From: Mobula birostris
Taxonomy: Eukaryota
Direction: 5' to 3'
NCBI RefSeq assembly: GCF_030028105.1
Contig: NC_092402.1
Coordinates: 43,946,137-44,010,136 of the forward strand
Length of the DNA: 64,000 nucleotides
Shown: positions 25,186-37,756 of the stretch, piece after piece
Numbering within the stretch: the first letter of the stretch is position 1
Layout of the letters: every line of letters begins with the position of its first letter
Made by a program: the position numbers and the translations under genes
Notes under the pieces: model-generated
What the model saw: only the letters and a program-made list of their open reading frames with translations
Databases searched by the model: none
What the model was told of the DNA's origin: nothing

Positions 25186-26009
25186 ATGGTAATGTTATTA
25201 AATGATAAAAGGAACTGAAATCTCTTTTGTTGAATATGATCATTGTTTGGCACAGCATGATGTGAATATTACTTGTAAGGCAAAAACTACTTGAATGCTG
25301 AAGCACATACACCAAACCAACTTACAGTAAAACTTTAATGACTTGGCATCCCTAGCATTTTGGTGATATCAGACCAGCACATTTTTTAGACTGTTGAATG
25401 GTATTCCCATTAGTAACATTGTATTAACACACTTTTACTTAACATCTTTTTCTTGTTACAATGTAGTATAACAAATTTTCCACTAAACCAGGTGAATTTA
25501 AAGGAAGCCTAAAATATACAAACAAATGGACCCCTGCCCAAGCTGCAAACCTACCCACTTTCCTGACCCTTCCTTGGTGTTCCAACCCCAAGCTACAACC
25601 ACACATTCAGCCCATAATCTACACTCAAGTCTTGGCTACACTCTGGAAGCAGTGTTCACATTCTGAACTAATATATGAACCAGATGCTGAATTATGTGGA
25701 TTTACAAATGATGATACGCTAGCTAGCCCCATTCACTCTTCATATACCCATTATACTGAATGAGGTTTTTGCATAGTAGGGGAATTAAAGGTTATGGGGA
25801 AAAGGCAGGTAGGTGGCAATGAGTCCATGGTCATGATCTTATTGAGTGGCGGCTCGATGGGCCAGATGGCCTACTCCTGCTTCCATTTCTTATGTTCTAA
25901 TGTAGAAACCTAAGCAAAACACATTAATCTCAAATGAAAACAGTAAAACAATACATCTTTTTCTATGAATTAATTGACTGGTGAATTTAAGTTGCAAAAT
26001 CTTTCAGCC

Positions 26010-26330
26010 ATGTAGTCAGAGTCACAGCATGGAAACAGCACCTTTGGCCCACTGAGTCCACACCAACCATCAAACAACCATTCTTACACTAAAGCTCCCA
26101 TGAGCCATTTTATTCTTCTAGAATCTCCCATGAGGCATTTTATTCTTCTAGAATCTTCTACGTCATCTATACAATAAAGGGATGGGGGTGCAATTTACAA
26201 TTTCCAATTAACCTACCAACCACATTTTTTGGGATGTGCGAGGAAGTTCACATGCAAAATTCACACAGAAAACTCCCAGAGATCAGAATTAAATCTTGAT
26301 GGCAGAGCTGTGCACCACCACAGTGCCCTC
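26010..26330 (-). mobile_element. HE1/V-SINE-like SINE with an internal 30-bp tandem duplication
   Basis: cacagcatggaaacagcacctttggccc tail; duplicated unit at 26095-26154. Confidence 0.6.
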
Positions 26331-27943
26331 ACTACAATCTTGTAAGTGTCCATAATAACTCTAAGGCAAGCCCCAGGTCATATCTTAAAAAAAACACACC
26401 AGTGAGAACAGCAGTTCAGATAGTGAAATGTAGTCACTACACTAGTGACTATATAGTGGAGACTGCTGCCTAAACAATCAGTTTCAATGACAACTTCAGC
26501 AGTCACAACTTCTGGCAAATAAACAGCAGACAGACTCCATTAACTGAGTAGCTCAATATTTTGTCATTATGTTAATTTTATTTTCAAATGGACATCAGAA
26601 TCAGGTTTATCATCACCGGCTGGTGATGTGAAATTTATTAACTTAGCAGTACCAGTTCAATGCAATAAATATAGAAGAGAAAAAAAATAAATAAAATTTT
26701 TCTAAAAATTAATAAATAAGTGTCAAATCCTGCAATGATATCATTACTATTTGGTGACATAATAGTCACACAAAACAAAAAAAGAAATCCAAGAAGCTTA
26801 ATATTGTGTTTTGTAATTATTTCACTGGTCATATGCAAATGTGTATATTTTGTTCCACTACACAAAAACAAAACCTCTTGTACAATGGAAGCCACTTGAT
26901 ACATCTGACTGATAATCAATGTTTCAGGTACAGTTGAAATCAATTTATCTTAGTACTACTGATTACACCTGTGATTTTGTTCCTTTTGAAAACAATGTTG
27001 TTAAGTCACTTCATTTTATTTGTAGACATTAAAATAAATTAATACATTTCAAAGGCATACTTGTTGCTTTAGTCCAAATAAGCAAAGAAAAGTCTACATG
27101 TCACATCAGCAAAAATCTTACTTAAGAGTTCTGGTACCTCCAACATACATGCCTTACACAACTCTTACTGTGCACTTTAACCTGTCAACAATGTTACAGG
27201 CACAAACCATTGATATTGCCACTTTTTAGCTTTCATACTTGAACAGGAAGATGCAACCATCGACTAAGTTGGCCTGAAATTTCCATATTCCTTACTAACA
27301 TGACTAGCAATTCAATATTTATTTGAAACAATTAAGCTATCGTCATATATGCCAGTGTGCAACAAAATGTCTTGAAAAATCAGCTAATCATGATAAAAGG
27401 AAATGAAACAGCAGATCATGATATGGGGAAAAATGTTTGTGTACAAGAGGCAAAACGTAAGACAAAAAAAATTTCTGATACCCTACCTGGAAGAAATGAA
27501 CTTGTCTAGAGTTCCCACAGACTACAATTAAAAGCACATCGTTGTTGAGGCTAACGTACAAGAGCGCAGTCTACTACATAAACCTTAGCAACAATGCAGC
27601 CATTTGATCTGCAACACCATGATCGTAAACGAAATTAGAATACATGACCACACTGCAGCCTTATTTTCTATATCACAGTAGTCCACTTCCCAGCAAAATA
27701 ACTTCGAAAAAATCGCCTGGATTCGTCTTCAACCACTTCTACATGTTGAACCCAATGTGTGAACAGATAAGACGGAATTAAATAAAAAAAATCAAACTAA
27801 CACAGAGCCTGGGAGGCTGGAAGACCTTCAGCTCTATCTTGACCGGCGACACATCCCTGTACCACCAGGCTGTGTTAGGAACCCCAGGCCCAGTCCCCAT
27901 CCCCATCCCTATCCCTTCACTCTCCCCCGCTGGCCACACTCAC

Positions 27944-28090
27944 ACACTCAGATTCTGCTTCGCGAGCCTGAACACCAGACAGGTCCAAGATGCAAGGGAC
28001 GGAGGGAACAACTTCCAGCTCCGACTGAGGCACGTCGTCGTCTTCCTCGTCGGTGTCCTGAGAAGCACGTCGCCGCCGCCTGTCCGCCAT
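27944..28090 (-). CDS. CASC3: CASC3 coding exon 1 (MADRRRRRASQDTDEEDDD...REAESEC)
   Basis: ATG at 28090 in AAGATGGCGG context; donor GTGAGT at 27943; 147 nt; resembles human MADRRRQRASQD...ESEC. Confidence 0.95.
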
Positions 28091-28270
28091 CTTCGCTCAC
28101 TGAGGAAACCGAAAAACTTATGGCGTAGTGCATCCTGGGTGCTGTAGTCAAAAGTAAACCATATATCACGAGACTACATTTCCCGATAGACCCAACCTTA
28201 CATCACAAAATACAATGGAGTCCTCATAATAAGAGCTTTGGATGGAAAAAGACTACCATTCCCACAATGT
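28084..28270 (-). promoter_or_regulatory. CASC3 promoter: three ZNF143/THAP11 (SBS, ACTACAnnTCCC)-type motifs and a YY1 motif over the ATG
   Basis: actacatttccc 28173-28184; actaccattcccacaatg 28252-28269; reverse gactacagcacccaggatgc at ~28130-28149; ccgccatctt 28084-28093. Confidence 0.75.
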
Positions 28271-28454
28271 CCAGGGAGACCGTGTTCTTGTTGCAGAGAC
28301 AACAGACAATCAAATTGTGAGGCTGTTTCTTCAATCCTGGCTTGCCTTTTTCTCAATTAAACCTCAAGGTGCCACTAGTAAAACATAAAACAAAAATGCA
28401 CTATCTTTAGAAGGGTATAAGTAATAAAGAACAATTTGGTAAATTCTGATTCAG

Positions 28455-29520
28455 TCATTTCAGATTGGCAACATCATCTCCACAATCACCATCAGCAAAT
28501 TTGCACCACAAGGCTGTGTGCTCAGCCCCTGCTCTACTTACTTTATACTTAGGACTGAGGCTAAGTGCAGATCCAATGCCATATTTTAAGTTTGATAACG
28601 ATATCAGCATTTAGGAGGGAGATTGAAAATCTGGCTGAGTGGTGCCACAATAACAACCTCTCACTCAACGACAGCAAAACTAAGGAGCTGGTCATTGAAT
28701 ACATGAGGAGGAATCCAGAAGTCCATGAGAGAAGTCCTCAGCAGGGGATCAGATGTGGAGAGAGTAAGTAACTCTAAATTCTTCGGTGTTATCATTTCAG
28801 GGGATCTGTCCTGAGTCCAGCACATAAGTGCCATTCCAAAGCAGGCATGGCAGTGCCTCTACTTTCAGAGAAGTTCACGAAGAGTCAGCATGTCATCTAA
28901 AACTTTGACAAATTTGTATAGATGCATGGTGGAGAGTGTACTGACTGGCTGCATCACGACCTGGTATGGAAACACAAATGCCCTTGAATGGAAAAGCCTG
29001 CAAAAAGTAGTGGATACGGCCCAGTCCATCATAGGTAAAGCCCTCCCCACCATTCAGCACATCTACAAGGAGTGTTGTTGCAGGAAAGGAGCTTCCATCA
29101 TCAATGACCCTGACCATCCAAGCCATGTTCTCGGGAAATAGGTACAGGAACCTGAGGTCTTGCACAACCATGTCCATGAATAGTTATTACCCCTCAACCA
29201 CCAGGCTCATGAACAAAAGTAGAGAACTTCACCTACCCCAACACTGAACTGATTCCGCGACCTATGGACTCTGAAATTCATGTTCTCGAGATTTATTATT
29301 TATTTATTATTACTATTTTTTTCTTTTTGGTATTTTCCAATTTATTGTCTTTTGCACATTGGTTGTTTGGGTGTAGTTATTCATTGATTATATTGTGTTT
29401 CTTTGATTTACTGTGAATGTCTGCAAGAAAATGCATCTCTGGGGAGTAGTATGGTAACATATATGAACTTTGATAATAAATTTACATTGAACTTTATTTT
29501 GAACTTTGAACTTGAACTGA
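28455..29520 (+). mobile_element. Rex1/Babar-clade LINE 3' fragment directly upstream of the CASC3 promoter
   Basis: [42 protein letters not shown] remnants; tail aataaatttacattgaactt. Confidence 0.85.
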
Positions 29521-30676
29521 TTCTAAACCTGATTCTGAAATTGGTTTATTATTGACACACATACTGAAGTACAGTGGGAAAACTTGACTTGCATATTGTT
29601 CATACAGATCAAATCATTATGCAGTGGTACAAGGTAAACCAGTAACAGAATTCAGAATAAGGTGTTACAGTTACAGAGAAAGTGCAGTATCATTTGAGGG
29701 CCACTCCCACAGGTGTAACGGTGCCTGTGGGGGTGCATTTTGAACTTTTTGGCATTCTGAACAGCTTTTGGCCAAGTCTTCAATCTGTTTATCTATTCCT
29801 GGCCACCACATGTACCTGCAGGTGAGACTCTTCATCTTGACTGTACCCAGGTGTCCTTCAGGTACAGTTTAGAACCTCAGAACAAGATCCACACATCAGA
29901 GATACTGACAGTTGGTCTTATCTTGCTGAGACCGCTGGAAATAATGCTTTGCATTGTGATGTCATAGACTTTTGACAATGTTGTTTCCCTTTGTATTTCA
30001 AAAGTTGTTAACAGCAACTGGTCCACCAGTACAGTTTGGAGCACCTCTGCTAGACATTTCTCCTTCAGTTGTCGACAGTGGAAGACATGACAAGCCATCA
30101 GCATTGCTGTGTTGTTTGGTACCCTTGAACTCTATGTCAACAGAGTGGACTCCTAGGAAAAGTGCCCAACATTGCAACAGGGTAGCAGATATCACTGGGA
30201 TTCCCTTCCTGGGATTGAAAACGGACACAAAGGGCCGGTGGTCAGTCTAAACTTTTGTCTGTAGAGGTAGTGGTGGAACTTCTTTATTCCCTATACTAGA
30301 CAAAGAGCCGCTCAGTTGATCTGTGTGTAGTTGCGTTCTGTACTCATCAGTGATCTTGAAGCAAATCCAATTGGACATTCAGATCCATCGTTCATAGACT
30401 GTGACAAAACGACTCCAAAGCATCACACGCCAGTCTGATGGGCAGCGATGGATCATAATGGGTGAGTAGTTCATCTGATGTTTAGTCTCTTTGTTTCCTT
30501 AAATGTTCTTTCACATCTTTCTGACCATTTATACTTTGCTCATGCCTGCAATAGTGTGTTCAATGGGTGCAGCAATGTTTGGGAGAAACTGGTGGTAGTA
30601 GTTTATAAGGCCCAAGTATGACCCAAGTTGTGACGCATTTTCCAGTTTGGGTGCCTGTATCTCTGCTTCAATCTTC

Positions 30677-33169
30677 TCTTTTTCAATCTTTTTATTAGTA
30701 TCGTAATGATAAAGATTAACATAACATAATAATCGTACAAAGTTATTGGGATTACATTGTTGTAATTATCATATATAAATATAAACCCAGTTAGCACATG
30801 GGTACTAAACCTCCCAATCATACAAGATACAAATATTATATATAAATAAAATAACATGAAAAAGGAAAAAAGAAGAAAAAATATACCCCCCAAAAAACTA
30901 ATCTAACAAGACTAACCAACTAAACTACAGAAAAAAAAAGACATGGGCTGTTGTGAAACATTAAAAAAAAAGAACCATTAGTGTCATTGACTCCACTCCT
31001 CCCAACATATACTAAAAAGAAATGCAATAGGTTTGGAAAAGGTCAAATTACATCATATGGAAGTGTTGAATAAATAGCCTCCAAGTCTTTTCAAATTTAA
31101 TAGAGGGATCATAAATAACACTTCTAATTTTTTCTAAGTTTAAACACAACATAGTTTGAGAGAACCAATGAAATGTGGTGGGGGTATTGATCTCTTTCCA
31201 ATTCAGCAAAATGGATCTTCTGGCCATTAGCGTAAGAAATGCAATCATCCGACAGGCTGAAGATATTAAAAGATTTGGTTCTATCATTGGTAAACCAAAA
31301 ATTGCAGTAATAGGGTGGGGTTGTAAATCAATACTCAAAACAGTTGAAATAATATCAAAGATATCTTTCCAGTATTTTTTTAAAAGAGGACATGACCAAA
31401 ACATATGAGTTAAAGAAGCGATCTCAGAGTGACATCTATCACACATTTATATGAGAGTAATAATGAGCTAATTTATCCTTAGACATATGAGCCCTATGCA
31501 CGACTTTAAACAGTATGTTTAACACATATAGGGGATGACTTAACTAATTGAAGAATTTTTTCCCATTTTTCAATAGGTAATCTTAAGTTCCCTTTCCCAA
31601 TCAATCTTAACTTTATTAGATACGTCTGGACGTATTTTCATAATTATATTATAAATATTTGCTATTACACCTTTCTGAAAAGGATTTAAACCTAAATTTT
31701 TTTCCAAAATATCCGTTGAATATAAATTCGGGAAGGTAGGAAGAACAGTATTTTAAAAATTTCTAATCTGTAAATATCTAAAGAAATGGGATCTAGGCAA
31801 ATTATATTTTTTAAATAATTGTTCAAAAGACATGAAACAATTATCCAAAAATAGATCACAAAATCTTAACATACCTTTAGTTTTCCAAGCCAAATAGGCT
31901 TGATCCATGATAGAGGGTTGAAAAAACAAATTAGATATAATAGGACTTGCTAGAATAAAATGATTCAACCCAAAAAATTTTCAAAATTGAAACCATATTC
32001 GTAAAGTATATTTTACTATTGGGTTAACCATTTGTTTATGCAATTTAGAAAGAGAAAAGGGAAGCGAAGTCCCTAAAATAGAACCCAATGAAAACCCTTG
32101 TAAAGATTTACATTCAAAAGATTTACCCAATGTGGACTTGAAGTTATGTCCAAGTCCCATGAACAAAATTTTAAATATCGAATATTAATTGCCCAATAGT
32201 AAAATCTAAAATTTGGCAATGTCAGACCCCCCTCCTTTTTAGATTTCTGTAAGTATCTTTTACCTAACCTAGGATTTTTATTCTGCCATATATATGAAGA
32301 AATTTTGGAATCAACCTTATCAAAAAAGGATTTCAGAATAAAAACTGGCACCACTTGAAATAAATATAAGAATTTAGGTAAAATAATCATCTTGATAGCA
32401 TTGATCCGACCTATCAATGATAGAGACATTGGTGACCATTTAATAAACGAATGTTTAATCTGATCAATTAAAGGTAAAAAATTAGCCTTAAATAAATCCT
32501 TCTGCTTTTTTGTAATTTTGACCCTAAAGTATGTAAAGAAATCAGTAAACAATTTAAATGGTAAACATCCATAAATTGGAACCTGCATATCTAGGGGAAA
32601 TAGTTCACTCTTATTAAGGTTCAATTTATAACCAGAAAAATTACTAAACTGAGCCAACAAGGATAAAACAGCAGGAATGGATTTCTCAGGGTTAGAAATA
32701 TATAATAGCAAATCGCCTGCATATAATGATAACTTATGTATTTTATTCACACGGTGAATGTCAGGTGAGTCTTGAATAGCAATTGCTAAAGGTTCAAAGG
32801 CAATATCAAATAATAATGGACTAAGAGGACATCCCTGCCTAGTACCCCGAAATAAGCGAAAAAAGGGAGATCTTTGATTATTAGTAAAAACCGAAGCTAC
32901 AGGGGTATGATATATCAATTTAATCCAAGATATAAATATCGGGGACTAAAATTTAATTTCTCAAGTACAGTAAATAAATATGGCCATTCAACTCTGTCAA
33001 AAGCTTTCTCAGCATCTAGTGAAATAACACATTCTGGAGTAGTAAGTGATGGAGTATAAATAATACTAATTAATCTCCTAATATTAAAAGATGAATAATG
33101 ATTTTTAATAAATCCAGTCTGGTCCACAGAGATAATCTGAGGTTTTCTGAGGTAATCTGAGATAATCTG
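30677..33169 (-). mobile_element. 5'-truncated L1-clade LINE nested in the Gypsy RT
   Basis: DQTGF, SLDAEKAFDRVEW, RGTRQGCPLSPLLF, LYAGD, C-terminal CDRC...HMFWSCP; 14-bp TSD ctgcttcaatcttc (30663-30676) / ctgtttcaatcttc (33170-33183). Confidence 0.92.
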
Positions 33170-35040
33170 CTGTTTCAATCTTCTTTTGTGACTTATGTAA
33201 GCCATGCTCTTCAATAACATGTCTACAATATGAGATTTCATTCTTGAAAAACTCACATTTCTCTCTCTTTGTATACAATCTATACTCATTCAGCCTGGTA
33301 AGCACTTTAACAAAGTTCTGGAGGCATTCTTCATCATTCTTGCCAGTCATAATGATGCCGTCAAGGTAATATTGTGTTCCTGCGATATCTTGGAGCACTT
33401 GGTCCATTGCTGTTTGCCAAATTGCTGGAGCTGATGCGACGCCAAGGATGAGACGATTATATTGGAACAGTCTCTGTGAGTGTTGATAGTGAGGAACCTC
33501 CTGCTTGACTCCTCAATCTCCATTTGCAGATAGGCTTGTGACAAGTCCATCTTTGAAAAGCTCTCCCCGCCTGCCAAGGATACAAATATGTCTTCCATTC
33601 ATGGCAGGAGATACTGCACAATCAGCAGCACCGGGTTAATGCTCACTTTGAAATCCCCACATCTGCGAACAGCTCTGGCCTTCTCTTTCTTGATCACTGG
33701 GACAATGGGCCAATCACTCCACTCAGCCTTGGTGAGATACCTCCAAACTCTGAAGTCCAGCCTCCACTTTAGGACATAGTGCATAAGGCACTGGACACAC
33801 CTTATGGAATATTGGTGTTGCTGCTTCATCCAGTTCAATTCTGGCCTTCGTGTCTTTGAGTTTACAAAAACCTTCCTCAAACACCTTCTCATTTACATTA
33901 AACAGCTGTGCCAGTCTCTGGTTATTGCTACCATTTGGGCTGCCGTTGCCTGTTGATGTCACATTGAGAGCTTTGGTTTGTGCCAGTCTGGTTGGATTTT
34001 TCTCAACCATTTACGTCCAAAAAGTGCTAGCCCTCCACTTTGCCTTTGGGAGACAATCTTTTGCCTGTGTAGGTCTTTAGCATCACAGGGGTCTTTTCTA
34101 ATGGTAACTTAGAAAACAGTCCGTTACAGTCAGTCTCTGAAATTACAGACAAAGCTCTATTTTCAGTTTTACACCAGACACATCTGCTTTAGTAACGTGA
34201 TGCAATTCTAGGCATGACAGCTCACCTTTGTCAGATGCTGTGTTGTCTGATTCTGTTTTGCATTCGGTCACGTTATGCATTATCTGACTTGAACACTCTC
34301 TCTATGTGAACTTGTCTGTGACACTTTCTGCAAACCTTTTCTTTGAACCAACAGTCATTTGTATTTGGGAGGATTTGCCACATCGATAACATTTTTGACT
34401 TTTTGCTCAATTCAAGGACATTTTTTGCATTTCACATTCTAACCTCTTTTTCTGTAGTTCTGCCGCATCCTTTGCTGCAGTCTAACGATAATGGTCACAG
34501 TACTAGGAAAGTTTGCGCATTTCTGCATTGTATTCAGCAATGATTTCATCCTTTGGTTCCTTTTATAAAATCTAAATCTCTCCATTATTACCTGTTGTTT
34601 AGGGCTCAAGTGATTTTGCAAAATTGTAACAATTTTGTCGAACGTCTCGTTTTGGCCTTGCAGGGGTTACTAAGTTGCGTAAGAGACTGTACGTCCTAGG
34701 ACCCATTAAGCTAGGAAGTTGTGGGGGCTTTCTTTTACTCATCCACGTTGTTCAACTTACAATACAGTTCGACCTTCTCGATATACGACTCCCAGCCTTC
34801 ACTAGCACTATCACATTATTCAACTTTCCCATCTGAAGCCATCGCCACATTATTTTCATTTTAACTTTGCTAATTGTGTCTTTCACCGTGTACTGTGCAC
34901 TGTTATACACACATTCCTTTGTTAGCGTCCATGACGGCTTTCTCCTACTATTTAGCTCTTTCCTCTCGCTGTTTCGTCCCGTAACTGTCAGTGCAGTTGG
35001 TGATGTGCTCTGACATTCAGGTTCGTATTCATCCCCGATT

Positions 35041-35320
35041 TGTTGTGTCTGTGCAACGACATATCAATTGCACGCAGGAGATGGCTTTAACTGGTGTATT
35101 CACATTGCAGTGAGAGAGCGAGAGATCAATGTGCATACGTAGACGACAGATCATACACAGTGCTAAGGGGAGTTGTTGCTCTAAAAGAAATAGATCCATA
35201 CGTTACAGATCTGATGTGGGTAAATGGGATTAGTGTATACAAATGGTTCCGTATAGATGTAGCCAGCCAAAGGACACATTTCTGTTCTGTGTACCTGTAT
35301 CACTCTGTAGCCACACAACA
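35041..35320 (-). repeat. 5' LTR of the Gypsy element (280 bp)
   Basis: 8-bp inverted termini tgttgtgt...acacaaca (TG...CA), next to the gag leader. Confidence 0.7.
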
Positions 35321-36552
35321 AATAAAGCGTCTCCATTAAATACTCAACCCTCTGTCCTATATGAACTCCAATTCCCATGGTGCCCTCACCATTTTTAATA
35401 AATTAACTAAACTGTAAAAGACTTTGAAGTCAATGATAAAGCAAAAAAAAATTAAATACTGCTGTAGTTTTCTCCAGCATTGCTTGGAACAGTCATCATA
35501 TTTTAATAATTGAATTAAACTGAATTGACTTTATTTCTTACATCTTTCACATACATGAGGAGTAAAAATCTTTATGTTACATCTCCATCTAAATGTGCAA
35601 TGAGCAATCAAAGTAATTTATAGTAATTTATAATAAATAGAACAGTCAGTGTAATATAGAGTACACTCAAATCAGCGTGAGTTCATCAGTCTGATGGCCT
35701 GGTGGAAGAAGCTGTCCCGGAGCCTGCTGGAGCTTTTATGCTGCGGTACCGTTTCAATTCAATACTGCAATTCCTAAAGACTAACTTTTGTAAAGTTAGA
35801 ATTATATTTTCATCTTTGTACAAATTCACCCAATGAAGGGTGCAGGAGCTATTTATCTATTTTTTGTCCGTTGAAGCCATGCATATACTTTCTGCCTGTA
35901 TTCTATTTTGTGGCTAATTTGTTATGGTAATCTGACATGTGGGTTGGGATGTGGTAGAAGCAAATCAGTATAGTTACATATTCTCGTTTCATTAGTTAGT
36001 TATTTAGTTTAGTCCAGTGGAGAGGAGTGAGCCACCTTTTTGTTGACCGCTGATTGGGATGTTATTGGAACGCTTCAATACGTGTAGAACACTAATTCTG
36101 ATATTGCTAATTAGATTGCTTAGTTACGCTGATTTGAACGCTAAGAACACTATATTGCTAATTTAGTTTCCTTAGTTTTTTAATCGCTATAAGATTGTTC
36201 ATCTTTGTTGGTTTTGTAATAAAGGATCAAAAGTACCTTTTTCAACTTGGGAACTTTGTTATTTTAGAAGTGCGTCATACAGTGTCAATCTCTGCGTTTA
36301 GTCTCTCAGCAGTTTTGGTTTGTTTTAAAGTAACCGCTATAAAGGATTTTGATCCAAAACATCAACTGTTTATTTTCCTCCATAGATAGATGCTGTCTGA
36401 CCTGCTGAGTTCCTCCAGCATTTTGTATGTATTGTTATCGAAGTAGTTATTTTCCATTTAGTCCCATAACCATGTTTTCTTCTTGCTGCTGCCATTGGGA
36501 AGGAGGTACAGGGCCTTAGGTCCCACACCACCAGATTCAAGAACAGTTATTA

Positions 36553-37755
36553 CCAGACATCCCACCTCTCCCGGAAGTTCTGGGAGTCTCCCGCATATCG
36601 ATAGTGGCTCCCTGACGCCCAGAGATTATATACAATAGCCCAGAAATAGATTTTTTGAGAGGGAGAGAGAGAGGGAGAGCGAGCATCCTAATTGGTCTCT
36701 CTTCGTGCACGATATGAGTCAGCTGCACCTTTCCTCATTCCCTGTCACGCACTGTTGAATTTTAACGCATGCAAGGTCATCAGTGACCCAAGACGTGCAA
36801 AGGAATGGGTCCGTGACCCATTTGTGAATGCCCCTGGTGAATCATCCATGTCAGCGCGGGAAAAAGATCAACTCCTCGAGCTTGCAAATGACGGCGGGCT
36901 GAAAAGTATGTTTGACATAACATCTCTGCCGGCATTCTGGATCAAAGCCAAGGCTGAATATCCTGAGATAGCCACAAAAGCACTGAAAACGTTGCTTCCA
37001 TTTCCAACATATTTTTGTGAAGCGGAGTTTTCTGCAATGAATGCAACGGAAACTAAATTGCGGAATAGACTGGACATAAGAAACCCCCTTCGAGTATCGC
37101 TGTCTCCCATCACCCCTCAATAGGACCGTGTTGTTGTAGGAAAACAAGCCCAGGGCTCCCACTGATTCAGCGATGTTGGTGTGTTGCAATGATTTTATAT
37201 GTTCATACAAGGAAAATATGCGCTGTGTGTTTAATATCCAAACGTTACTTAAAATGTTATGATGCTATTGACTTATAAGTGACATAATTCAGTGGTCCCC
37301 AACCTCCGGACCGCGAAGAATGCAGCGGTGGCCGGAACGCACCCAGCACATCGTTAAGAAAAAAGCCGAAATAAACAAGCTAATTAATTAGGTGCCGCCC
37401 GGCACGTAAATGTCGGCCCAGATCAGAGGCGATTGCTGATTGCGTCGCCTCTGATCTGGGCCGACATTTACGTGCTGGGCGGCACCTAATCAATTAGCTT
37501 GTTTATTGAGGCTGTTTTTCTTAAGAGATGTGCTGGGTGTGTTCCAGCCACCGCTGTACCGCTGCATTCTTCGCGGCCCGGAGGTTTGGGACCACTGTTA
37601 TAATTGACTTATATCTACATTCATGCAAGGAAAGTATGTGCTGTGTGTTTAATATTAAATTTGTTAGATAAACCCCTTTAGAAACGAAATTGAGTGTATT
37701 AGCCACTTACAAGTGACTTATAGTTGACTTACCACCTATATTCCGGTCGCGTTTA
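36553..37755 (+). mobile_element. hAT (Charlie/Buster-like) transposon 3' fragment with C-terminal dimerisation domain
   Basis: WVRDPF...FWIKAKAEYPEIATKALKTLLPFPTYFCEAEFSAM...RNRLD (ORF 36692..37123). Confidence 0.85.
37290..37597. mobile_element. Palindromic hAT-type MITE (308 bp, ~150-bp arms) nested in the hAT fragment
   Basis: cagtggtcccc...gggaccactg termini; arms are near-perfect reverse complements; imperfect TSD acataatt/ttataatt. Confidence 0.88.
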
Positions 37756-37756
37756 A

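Larger units (their letters stand above)
22890..25280 (-). mobile_element. Old LINE (same family as 3850-4770), interrupted by an RTE-like insert and a Rex1 insert
   Basis: Segments 22890-23265, 23855-24075 and 25185-25280 resemble consecutive parts of 3860-4420. Confidence 0.5.
6997..28090 (-). other. CASC3: CASC3 (MLN51/Barentsz) gene, coding span; 13 coding exons, 2103 nt CDS, 700 aa
   Basis: Spliced translation starts MADRRRRRASQD and contains the SELOR/Btz motifs DDDEDRKNPAYIPRKGLFFEHD and WKDEGRWVHDKF, then a Pro-rich C-terminus. All junctions are GT-AG with matching phases. Confidence 0.97.
29690..35320 (-). mobile_element. Degenerate Gypsy LTR retrotransposon (gag, RT, RNase H, partial integrase), split by an L1
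   Basis: RRCGDFKVSIN, FSKMDLSQAYLQ, YYLDGII, KQHSNADGLS motifs with many frameshifts; gag start near 34840. Confidence 0.88.

Noticed and set aside
36692-37123. Possible ZBED/SCAND3-like host gene
   Set aside because: Only an isolated hAT dimerisation fragment with no start or exon structure, and its flank is interrupted by a MITE.
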